From assembly GCA_963777475.1 (NCBI GenBank), contig CAVZQX010000078.1, forward strand, positions 23,006-87,005: a stretch of DNA of 64,000 bases, read 5' to 3'. The position numbers and the translations under genes are program-made. Source of the DNA: an uncultured Alphaproteobacteria bacterium (GTDB lineage: Bacteria; Pseudomonadota; Alphaproteobacteria; Rhizobiales; Xanthobacteraceae). The number at the start of each line of letters is the position of its first letter. Position 1 is the first letter of the stretch. Below the pieces are notes generated by a model, which had not been told where the DNA came from, did not search any database, and was given only the letters and a program-made list of their open reading frames with translations. Below, one piece after another: positions 1-7,777 of this stretch.

Positions 1-446
1 TCGCCGCGGCTCGGCGGCGGCGCCTGCGGTTCGACGCTGTTCTCCTGCCGGAGCCCGACGGCGGCGACCATGACGACCTCCACGCTTCCACGACGCTGCC
101 GCGGATCGCGCAACAGCTACTTGCGCAGGATGTCTCCCGTCTGTGATTTGCTCAACGGCCAAAGCCGGCAATCAACTTTTTTACACCACGAGACCTCGCG
201 GCAGGGAAACCCGGTTGACGGATCGTCTGGAGAAATTTCGACACGGCGTACGGTTGCAGGCCGGACGGCGAACATTCTCTGGAAATGGAGTGGAGGCACG
301 GGCTTGATCGTAGCGCCACGGCCGATGAAAGTGGGCAATACTCGTTCGCCGTCTTCCCGACATAGCGAGGTGAATGGTAGAGCGGCACTACCTCGGCGCT
401 GCGCTCAATGTCCCAAGGCCTCGACGAGCAGTGCGAGCATTGCCCT

Positions 447-872
447 TTATGACTTCCGGTTCGGCCGGCGACTGAACGGATCAAAGACGGCGACACCGGT
501 TGGCTCGAAATCCGATACGTTGCGCGTTACGACGGTGAGCCCGTGTTCGAGCGCCGTGGCCGCGATCATGAGATCGGCGCTGTCATTGCCGAGACCGGCG
601 CTCAGGGAGCCCCAACGCCGCGCGGCTCGCAGGTCGAATGGCACGACCCGCTCGCCGTAGAGGGTCAGGACGCGGTCCAACCAGTCCGCAAGAGCGCCCG
701 CAAAGCCTGGATCAATCGTGCGCTGTCGCGCAATGCCGCGCTCCATTTCGCCAATGCTGATGACGCTGAGGAAGAGATCGGTCGCGCGCTGCCGTTCGAA
801 CCACTTGACGACCATCGGATTGCGTTCCCGCCTGCGCAGTTCGGATAGCGTGACGGTATCGATCAGGAACAT
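447..872 (-). CDS. vapC: Type II toxin, PIN-domain ribonuclease (VapC family)
   Basis: 141-aa ORF with the N-terminal FLIDT motif and later acidic residues typical of PIN domains. Its start shares 1 nt with the stop of the upstream antitoxin ORF (TGATG). Confidence 0.85.
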   Translation of the reverse strand: MFLIDTVTLSELRRRERNPMVVKWFERQRATDLFLSVISIGEMERGIARQRTIDPGFAGALADWLDRVLTLYGERVVPFDLRAARRWGSLSAGLGNDSADLMIAATALEHGLTVVTRNVSDFEPTGVAVFDPFSRRPNRKS

Positions 873-1129
873 CAGAGATCGAGATCGCGCATCCGCACAT
901 TACGGCGCGGAAAATCGCCATCATCCTGCGGCATGGCGAGCAACGCATCGACAAAGGATGGTGCCTGCGCGCGTTCGAGGTGGCGCAAGCGCTCGTACTC
1001 CACCACGTCCATGACGACTACGGCGGGCTTGCCGTGCTTGGTGACCGTCTGCGGCAAACGCCGCGCGGCCTCGACCACCTCGCTGAAGCGATTCTTCGCG
1101 TCCTGCACCGACCAGCTGCGATGGGCCAT
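872..1129 (-). CDS. Type II antitoxin, Phd/YefM family
   Basis: 85-aa ORF. WSVQDAKNRFSEVVEAA...GKPAVVVMDVVEYERL is a classic Phd/YefM N-terminal fold signature. It lies directly upstream of, and overlapping, the PIN toxin gene. Confidence 0.85.
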   Translation of the reverse strand: MAHRSWSVQDAKNRFSEVVEAARRLPQTVTKHGKPAVVVMDVVEYERLRHLERAQAPSFVDALLAMPQDDGDFPRRNVRMRDLDL

Positions 1130-1153
1130 GCTCTCGTTCTCACTAGCCAGAAT

Positions 1154-1165
1154 ATCTAGCTAGAT
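1154..1165. promoter_or_regulatory. Candidate autoregulatory operator of the antitoxin-toxin operon
   Basis: Perfect 12-bp palindrome ATCTAGCTAGAT about 25 nt upstream of the antitoxin start codon. Confidence 0.4.
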
Positions 1166-1457
1166 TATGACGCGCGCCCTCCGCCGTCAAGTCAATTGGT
1201 CCGTATTCCGGTTCGTGGAGCCGGATTGCATTGGCGAGCAACATCGAAGAATCGGGAGCTCCGGGATAGCCCGGCGTGCTCTGGCGTAGAATGGCGCGCC
1301 ACGGCCGATGAAGATGGGCACTATTGTTTCGCTGTGGCACTATGATGCTGTTGCCAGCGAGGCGATCAAAGCGGTCATTCTGCGATATCCTACGATTTCG
1401 CACGGATGGGCGATGAACGTCTCGACGTCGAATCGCTTCGATGTACTTGCCTCGGGA

Positions 1458-1835
1458 TCAAGCTTTGGCGGCGAGCGGCTTGAAGAAATTGATCGGGTTG
1501 CCGTCGGGATCGCGGAACAGCATCGAGCGATTGCCCCATGGCATGTCCTTGGGCTGCTGCAGCCAGTCGTTCACGAAGGCGTCGATACGTTCACGCTCGA
1601 TGTCGACATCGTCGACTTCGAACTCGAGAATCGCGGATCGATTGGCGCTGGCGACCCATTCTCCCCCATGCATGAATTCGGCGGCCTTCCGGCTGACGAT
1701 GGCGAGAATGACGCCGCCAGGGTGGAGCTCGACGTAGTCGTCGTTACCCTTTGGCGGCGTCCCCAGCAGCTTCTCGTAGAAGGCCGCGAGGCTTCGGAGA
1801 TGATCTGTGACGAGACGCGTATGGACGAACTTCAT
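1458..1835 (-). CDS. VOC (glyoxalase/bleomycin-resistance/dioxygenase) family protein
   Basis: ORF 1458..1931, with the internal start MKFVHTRLVTDHL preferred. It has VOC-like beta-alpha-beta-beta-beta repeats (SAILEFEVDDVD, MLFRDPDGNPINF). Confidence 0.8.
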   Translation of the reverse strand: MKFVHTRLVTDHLRSLAAFYEKLLGTPPKGNDDYVELHPGGVILAIVSRKAAEFMHGGEWVASANRSAILEFEVDDVDIERERIDAFVNDWLQQPKDMPWGNRSMLFRDPDGNPINFFKPLAAKA

Positions 1836-1900
1836 CAGACACCCTACCGGCTTGCAATGCGGTTCCCGACCTTCGATACTGAACGGAACCGTACTTATAA

Positions 1901-1917
1901 TACGATACGGTATCGTA
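1901..1917. promoter_or_regulatory. Candidate TetR operator between the divergent VOC and TetR genes
   Basis: Perfect 8-1-8 palindrome TACGATACGGTATCGTA in the 90-bp divergent intergenic region, flanked by direct CGTACTT repeats. Confidence 0.45.
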
Positions 1918-1924
1918 CTTGTTA

Positions 1925-2519
1925 ATGTCAAGCGAGATAAACAGCGTGGCAGCGCCTACTCAGATTTCGGACAAGCGGGTCGAGCGTTCCAAGGCGAAGG
2001 TGCTGGCCGAAACGTACCGGCAGTTGGCGCAAAGCGGCATTGGCGGGGTGAGCATTGACGAAGTGTCCCGCATTTCCGGCATTTCGAAAACGACAATCTA
2101 CCGCCATTGGCCGTCGCGTTCGGCTTTGCTGATCGATGCCTGTTCCCGCCTCGGAAGCGCACCCGACGTGCCGGACACCGGAAGTCTGCGGGGCGATCTG
2201 CGGGCCCTGCTGGCGAAATCTTGCTCATCAATTGCAGACGGCAAACTGGAGTTCAGTCTATCCTTCGATCATTGATGCCGCCGAGCGCGATCCCGAAATC
2301 AACACCATGCAGGCGGCGCTGCACGAGGCTTTCACGGCGCCATTCGCAGCCGTCATCGAACGAGCGAGGGCCAAAGGGGAGATTCCGTCAGATCGTGTCA
2401 CAACCGATCTCATAGCCGCTCTCGTGGGGCCCTTGTTTTATCGCCGCTGGTTCTCGAAGGAGGAGATCGACGAGCGTTTCATCGACGCGATCATCGAGAC
2501 CGCAGTCCGCTACTGTTAA
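1925..2519 (+). pseudogene. TetR/AcrR family regulator, reading frame broken by one extra base near 2215
   Basis: The N-terminal HTH (VSIDEVSRISGISKTTIYRHWPSR) is in one frame (ORF 1919..2275). The C-terminal ligand domain (NLAHQLQTANWSSVYPSIIDAAERDPE...) continues in the +1 frame (ORF 2136..2519). Confidence 0.75.
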
Positions 2520-2930
2520 CTCGAAGCCGGCAGGCTCGTATTTCGGCAGCTCGTGCCCCATGAACCGCGAAGTCCTGAGGACATCCGACGCCGCTCTCCG
2601 CGAGAACGGCGCGACATCTGGCGTGTGCCGGCGCGCCCGACACGATTCGAACGTTTGACCTTACCTTCGGCACTTACGTGACAGGCATTTGCGGCGCACT
2701 TAAGCGGCCTCAGTCGTGCGAGTAGGCTAAGTGCTGTGACCGCAACTGCCTAAGGACCGCCGGGCGGATTGCGATCCGCCGTCTTCGTCACCGAGATGGC
2801 GCATTTGTGCCCTCCGCCTTCGTCTTTTTGAACACCGGCGGAACGGGTCGGCTCCAATGCTGCGGGCTGCCCGACTCGGGCGAATCAACTCAATTTTTCT
2901 GACGATCGCTTCGGACACGGAGCTGAAGCT

Positions 2931-3297
2931 GTGTGCAATGCGATCACGCGCACCATCGTCACCTTGCCCGAAGAATTGCGTCGTTCACTGACTTGGGATC
3001 AGGGGACCGAGATGGCTCAGCACAGTCGTCTCAAGATCGATGCGGGAACTCCAGGTCTACTTCTGCGATCCCAGAAGCCCCTGGCAGCGCGGCACGAACG
3101 AGAACACCAACGGGCTGCTCCGACAATACTTCCCGAAAGGCACAAATCTGAGCATCTACGACGCTGATGAGATATCCGCCGTGGCAGCAGCTCTCAATGC
3201 CAGACCGAGAAAGACACTGGGATGGAAAACCCCAGCGGAGGCGCTTGACGAGTTGCTGTCACGAGTGAAAAAACCCGGTGTTGCGACGACCGCTTGA
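2931..3297 (+). mobile_element. IS30-family transposase remnant (C-terminal ~120 aa only, also frameshifted near 3040)
   Basis: LTWDQGTEMAQH ... VYFCDPRSPWQRGTNENTNGLLRQYFPKGTNLS ... ARPRKTLGWKTPAEA is the conserved DDE C-terminal block of IS30 transposases. No N-terminal half or inverted repeats are present. Confidence 0.8.
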
Positions 3298-3330
3298 GCC
3301 CGCCGGTTGATTGCGGCGTACCTGTGGTTG

Positions 3331-3460
3331 CTAACGCGTGTGCTTTTTGCTGCACGCGGACCGCGGGTGCGCGCTGGCACCCGGCCTTCCCTGCGCCCCT
3401 CTTATTCCCGAGGGTCTTTGCTCCGCAGGCCTCGGGCGCTGTTCGCGTCGCGAGAACGTG
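3331..3460. repeat. Partial copy of the long dispersed repeat also found at 25514-25650
   Basis: CTAACGCGTGTGC...GCACGCGG...CCCGGCCTTCCCTGCGCCCCTCTTATTCCCGAGGG...CTCGGGC...CGCGAG aligns by eye with 25514-25650, including both hairpins. Confidence 0.6.
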
Positions 3461-3536
3461 GCACTTTGTCCCATTCGAGCCGACCGCCCACCGGGCAAAC
3501 GAATTTCATATGACATTTTCATTTGACTAGGCTAAA

Positions 3537-3554
3537 TACTTCGCATGCGAAGTA
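3537..3554. promoter_or_regulatory. Candidate MarR operator
   Basis: Perfect 18-bp palindrome TACTTCGCATGCGAAGTA about 30 nt upstream of the MarR start, just after a TTGACT hexamer (3523-3528). Confidence 0.45.
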
Positions 3555-3584
3555 AATCCAAGCGCGAAAATCGGAGGCTCGAAT

Positions 3585-4028
3585 TTGGCGAGCGCCAATC
3601 CTGGTCGCCGGCTGATCTTCCTTCTCAACGTGGCGCAGCGCCGGTTGCAGCGGTTCTTGGCGGCGCAGACGCAAACGGGCGGGGTGACGGCGGCGCAAAG
3701 CGGGCTCCTGTTCGTGCTGGGAAAACGCGACGGCGTGCTGCTGGGCGAAGCCGGTCGCGCGCTCGACATGGGGCTATCAGGCATCAGCGGACTGTCGGAC
3801 CGGATGGTCGAGGCGGGCCTCGTCGAGAAGCGCGCCGATCCCGATGACGGGCGCGCCTATCGGCTGTGGCTGACGCCACGGGGGCGCAAGGCGCTGGCGC
3901 GGACCAGGGCCGGCGTCACTGAGCTGAACGCCCGCCTCAGCCACGGTTTCACCGACGCCGAAATCGACACCGTCGCGCGCTGGCTCACGCACGTGCAGAC
4001 GAACTTTCCCAGAGGAGAAGACGAATGA
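3585..4028 (+). CDS. MarR family transcriptional regulator
   Basis: 147-aa ORF with a winged-helix pattern (VTAAQSGLLFVL...LSGISGLSDRMVEAGLVEKRADPDDGRAYRLWLTPRG). TTG start 8 nt after GGAGG. 4-nt overlap with the next gene. Confidence 0.85.
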   Translation: MASANPGRRLIFLLNVAQRRLQRFLAAQTQTGGVTAAQSGLLFVLGKRDGVLLGEAGRALDMGLSGISGLSDRMVEAGLVEKRADPDDGRAYRLWLTPRGRKALARTRAGVTELNARLSHGFTDAEIDTVARWLTHVQTNFPRGEDE

Positions 4029-4798
4029 CCGAGCACATCAAGATCGAGCACGCGGAAAATATCGTCACGTTAACCTTCGCGCGGCCCGAGAAGAAGAATG
4101 CGCTGACCGATGCCATGTACGGGGCGCTCGCGGACGCGATTGTCGCGGCCGAGACGACGCCCGCGACACGGGTGATCGTGATCCGCGGCGAGGGCGACAT
4201 GTTCACCGGCGGCAACGATGTCGGCGAATTCGCTGGTATCGCCACCGGCGCGGTCACAGGCGAGCGGCATGTCACCCGCTTCCTGGATGCGATCGCTCGC
4301 GCGACCCGGCCGCTGGTTGCGGCCGTGCAGGGGCGCGCCGTCGGCATCGGTACCACCATGCTGCTGCACTGCGATTTCGTGCTGCTTGCGGAAGACGCGC
4401 TGCTATCGACGCCGTTCGTCAATCTGGCCCTGGTGCCGGAGGCTGCCTCCAGTCTCCTGATGCCGCTGCGCGTCGGTTATGCCCGCGCCTACGAGATGTT
4501 TGCGCTCGGCGAACCGGTCGATGCGCGGACCGCGCTGCAATGGGGAATCGCGAACCGGGTGGTGCCGCTGGATCGGCTGCATGCCGAGGCGGCTCACGTC
4601 GCCCGGCGTCTGGCAAAACAGCCGGCCGGCGCGCTCGCCGCGACCAAACGGCTGATGCGCAACGCGGAGGTCTTGACGGCGCAGATCGCCGCCGAGAACG
4701 CGTGCTTCGCCGAGCGGCTCAAGACCACCGAGGCCCGCGAGGCCTTTTTGGCCTTCGCCGAGAAACGGCCGCCGGATTTTACGAAATTTGCAAGTTGA
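4025..4798 (+). CDS. Enoyl-CoA hydratase/isomerase (crotonase) family protein
   Basis: 257-aa ORF with FARPEKKNALT, GEGDMFTGGNDVGEF and VQGRAVGIGTTMLLHCD crotonase motifs. Confidence 0.9.
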   Translation: MTEHIKIEHAENIVTLTFARPEKKNALTDAMYGALADAIVAAETTPATRVIVIRGEGDMFTGGNDVGEFAGIATGAVTGERHVTRFLDAIARATRPLVAAVQGRAVGIGTTMLLHCDFVLLAEDALLSTPFVNLALVPEAASSLLMPLRVGYARAYEMFALGEPVDARTALQWGIANRVVPLDRLHAEAAHVARRLAKQPAGALAATKRLMRNAEVLTAQIAAENACFAERLKTTEAREAFLAFAEKRPPDFTKFAS

Positions 4799-4875
4799 GG
4801 ACGCGCGCCGTGTTAAGAACAGCGCCCGATGCTCGGCTTGAACAGTCGAAAGCCGGTCTGAGAGGCGGTCATTCC

Positions 4876-5814
4876 GTGGACGAAGAGATTCTGCACCAAC
4901 TGGAGAAACGTCTCGGACCGCTTCACGCAAGGCAGCGATTGGGAATCGAGCGGGACCACGAGGCCCAAGTCTTCGGCCAGGGGCTCACGTTTTTTCATCT
5001 CGAGAACGTATTGCTGGCGCCCGCAGTCATTGCAACCGCGCTGAAGCTGACGGGACTGTACTGGCGGGCCCGCCGGAATGCGGAACGCGTTACGATCAAG
5101 CGCAACGAACTGAGGTTCGCCGCGTTACCGCAGGCATTCGACGGCTACACCATTCTGCACATCAGCGACATGCATGTCGACATGAGCGAAGCCGCCATGG
5201 CGCACCTCATCGGGCTCGTTGACGGTTTGCCGTACGATCTCTGCGTTCTGACCGGCGATTATCGCGGAAAGACCTTTGGACCATTCGACGCGGCGCTGGA
5301 GGGCGTGGCAAAAGTGAGAGCCCATCTGAGGCCGCCGATCTATGGCGTGCTGGGCAACCACGATACCATCCAGATGGTCCCGGCGATGGAGGCGATGGGC
5401 ATCCGAATGTTGCTTAACGAATGCGAAGTGATCGCGCGCGGCAACGAGCGCATTCATCTGGCCGGCATCGATGACGCGCACTTCTTCAGGGTCGACAACA
5501 TCGAAAAGGCCGCGTCGCAAATCCCGAACGGCGAGTTCTCGATCCTGCTGTCTCATACGCCGGAGATTTACCGGCAGGCGGCCCACGCCAATTTCAATCT
5601 GATGCTGTGCGGCCATACCCATGGCGGACAGCTTTGCCTGCCTGGATCGATCCCGATCAAGCTGGAAGCGGTCCTGCCGCGACGGATGGGAGCGGGCGCC
5701 TGGCAGTACCATGACATGAGCGGCTACACCTCGGTCGGAGCCGGATCGAGCGTCGTCGCCGTGCGCCTCAACTGTCCGCCGGAAATCACCCTGCATCGCC
5801 TGCGACGCGGCTGA
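4876..5814 (+). CDS. Metallophosphoesterase (calcineurin-like, membrane-anchored)
   Basis: HISDMHVD, LTGDY, GNHD and GHTHGGQ motifs. The long ORF 4540..5814 overlaps the upstream gene, so GTG 4876 (alternative GTG 4810) is preferred as the start. Confidence 0.8.
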   Translation: MDEEILHQLEKRLGPLHARQRLGIERDHEAQVFGQGLTFFHLENVLLAPAVIATALKLTGLYWRARRNAERVTIKRNELRFAALPQAFDGYTILHISDMHVDMSEAAMAHLIGLVDGLPYDLCVLTGDYRGKTFGPFDAALEGVAKVRAHLRPPIYGVLGNHDTIQMVPAMEAMGIRMLLNECEVIARGNERIHLAGIDDAHFFRVDNIEKAASQIPNGEFSILLSHTPEIYRQAAHANFNLMLCGHTHGGQLCLPGSIPIKLEAVLPRRMGAGAWQYHDMSGYTSVGAGSSVVAVRLNCPPEITLHRLRRG

Positions 5815-5820
5815 CGGCCG

Positions 5821-6309
5821 CTAATACGGTTTGTCGCGAAAGTGGAGATGGTACAGAAAACGGGACAAGATAAGCTCGCCGATGAAAAAGATCGCCACGC
5901 CGAGCGCGATGTCTGCGGCCGTCAACGAAAGTGCCTCGCGGCATGCCAGCATGGGGAAAAGGCATTCCGGCACCTGGTCGAGCCCGAGCGCCTGGCTGCT
6001 CGGCGGAAAGTTCAGGCGGCGCTTGACGAAACTGGAGAACAAATCGCCCGCCATCGCCGCGCTTGCGGCGGTCGCGCCGATCGTCAGATCCAGTCCAAGC
6101 AGCGGGGCGCTCGCCGTTGTGACCAAGATCGAGGCCAGAATGCCGCGGACGGTCTTCGACGGCCCAAACAATGGCCGCCCGTCCCAGACTTTGTTGCCGG
6201 CATCCAGCGGAAAGGAAAAACGCGAGCCAAAGATCTTCTTGGCAGCGATGGGCGTGCCGTTAGCCAACGTCAGCAGTACCAAAAATTTCAGGATTTGCAC
6301 GAGCTGCAT
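5821..6309 (-). CDS. CDP-archaeol synthase-like / DUF46 integral membrane protein
   Basis: 162-aa hydrophobic ORF. GPSKTVRG and GDLFSSFVKRR resemble cytidylyltransferase-type membrane enzymes. The family assignment is from memory. Confidence 0.65.
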   Translation of the reverse strand: MQLVQILKFLVLLTLANGTPIAAKKIFGSRFSFPLDAGNKVWDGRPLFGPSKTVRGILASILVTTASAPLLGLDLTIGATAASAAMAGDLFSSFVKRRLNFPPSSQALGLDQVPECLFPMLACREALSLTAADIALGVAIFFIGELILSRFLYHLHFRDKPY

Positions 6310-6373
6310 TGCTGCAGCCTATCTCAGTTTGGTGCCGTTGCGCGACGCCTGGTCGGCCCCTGGTCGTGCCGCC

Positions 6374-6760
6374 TCATTCCATGGCCAGTGCGGCAACAAG
6401 CGCCAGGCCGGACAAATAGGTCAACAGCGCACCGAGGAATCTTGCCGCGTTCGGCTTGTCGAGCGACTTGCCCCACAATAGCCCCGCGACCAGCAGGAAG
6501 CGTGCGATTGTCGCGATCACGATGGTAACAATGATCCAGGTCGGCGCCGGGTGCGCGGCGAACCACAGGAACAGCACCGCAAAGAACGGCGCATATTCGG
6601 CGGTGTTGCCATGCGCGCGGACCGCGCGATGCAGCGGATCGACAGGATTCTGATCATGACCGATGATTTGTCCGCGTCGTTGACGCAGCATCGAAACATA
6701 GAGTCCGAGGCCGAACAGCAACAGCCCAAGCAGGGCCGTGCAGGCGATGCCGACGTACAT
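6374..6760 (-). CDS. MAPEG family membrane protein
   Basis: Roughly 128 aa with four hydrophobic segments. RAHGNTAEYAPFF is a MAPEG-like motif. The start MYVGIAC is chosen inside ORF 6374..6802. Confidence 0.75.
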   Translation of the reverse strand: MYVGIACTALLGLLLFGLGLYVSMLRQRRGQIIGHDQNPVDPLHRAVRAHGNTAEYAPFFAVLFLWFAAHPAPTWIIVTIVIATIARFLLVAGLLWGKSLDKPNAARFLGALLTYLSGLALVAALAME

Positions 6761-6894
6761 GTTCTTGCCCCTTTTCTTGCCCCCTTCGCGCGTTTGATGC
6801 AAGGATATCGAGATTCACCTGAACGAGCCAGCGGTTACCGTGCAATTTCGGCTTGACCCACCATTATCCCGTCCGCTGCATCGGAACGATCATC

Positions 6895-7699
6895 ATGCCC
6901 TTCTTCACCTGCATTCAATGCGGCGCCCAGTTTCCCGAAAGCGAGCAGCCGCCGCGATCGTGTCCGATCTGCGAGGACGAGCGGCAGTTCGTGAACTGGA
7001 ACGGGCCAGGCATGGCTTGCTCGCGAGGAGCTCGCGAACATTCACAAACTGGTGTGGCGCGACGATCTCGGCATTCCCGGCATCGGCATGGAGCCTTCCT
7101 TTGCGATCGGCCAGCGCGCATTGCTGCTCTGCGAAGCCGATGGCTGCGTGATGTGGGACTGCGTTCCGCTCGCGACCAGCGAGGCCGTGCAGTACGTCCG
7201 ATCGCTTGGCGGGCTGAAGGCGATCGCGGTCTCGCATCCGCATTTTTACGGTGCGGTCGCCGACTGGAGCGAGGCGTTCGGCGGCGTGCCGGTCTATCTC
7301 CACGGCGACGATCGCCAATGGGTCACGCGGCCACACGCCGCGATCGTGCCGTGGTCCGGGGAGAGCCATCGGCTCTCCGACGACATTGTTCTCGTGCGCG
7401 CCGGCGGGCATTTCGCCGGCGGCACGGTGCTGCACTGGCGCAAGGCCGCGGAAGGGCGCGGCGCGCTATTGACGGGCGATATCGCGATGGTGGCGGCGGA
7501 TCGCCGGTCCCTGAGCTTCATGTACAGCTATCCGAACTACATCCCGCTCAACGCGGGTGCGGTCAGGCGCATCGCCGACGCCGTCCGGCCGCTGGCGTTC
7601 GACCGCATTTACGGCGCCTGGTGGAACCGCAATATCGCCAGCGGCGCGAAGGCGGCGTTCGAGGCCTCGGTGCGGCGATATCTTGCCGCGATCGCGTGA
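6895..7699 (+). pseudogene. MBL-fold metallo-hydrolase with N-terminal Cys4 zinc-ribbon, one extra base near 7005
   Basis: MPFFTCIQCGAQF...CPICEDERQFVNWNG is in frame 1. It continues as AWLAREELANIHKLVWRDDLG...VSHPHFYG...GGHFAGG in frame 2 (ORF 7052..7699). Confidence 0.75.
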
Positions 7700-7777
7700 A
7701 TCACCTAACACCGAATCGCGCGTATTCGCGAAAAAAGCGTCCCGACTTTCCTCTGACAACAACGACGGGCACGGGTC

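Noticed and set aside
1-446. ORFs in the leftmost 450 bp (70..660 +, 117..338 -, 152..496 -, 181..363 -), and a possible leftward gene start (ATG at 71-69, 5 nt after GGAGG)
   Set aside because: - No family resemblance, lower GC3, and mutual overlap.
- The region also contains one copy of the repeat that flanks vapBC.
- The 23-codon partial ORF running off the window cannot be evaluated.
2628-2700. Possible minus-strand tRNA gene (GATTCGAAC T-loop signature, GCGCCCG acceptor-like arm)
   Set aside because: - Only about 66 nt fall between the putative acceptor halves.
- The T-stem has a mismatch and the 5' acceptor strand does not pair.
- The anticodon-arm region is a direct repeat (GTAAG...GTAAG), not an inverted one.
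- It is kept only as a possible tRNA-derived remnant.
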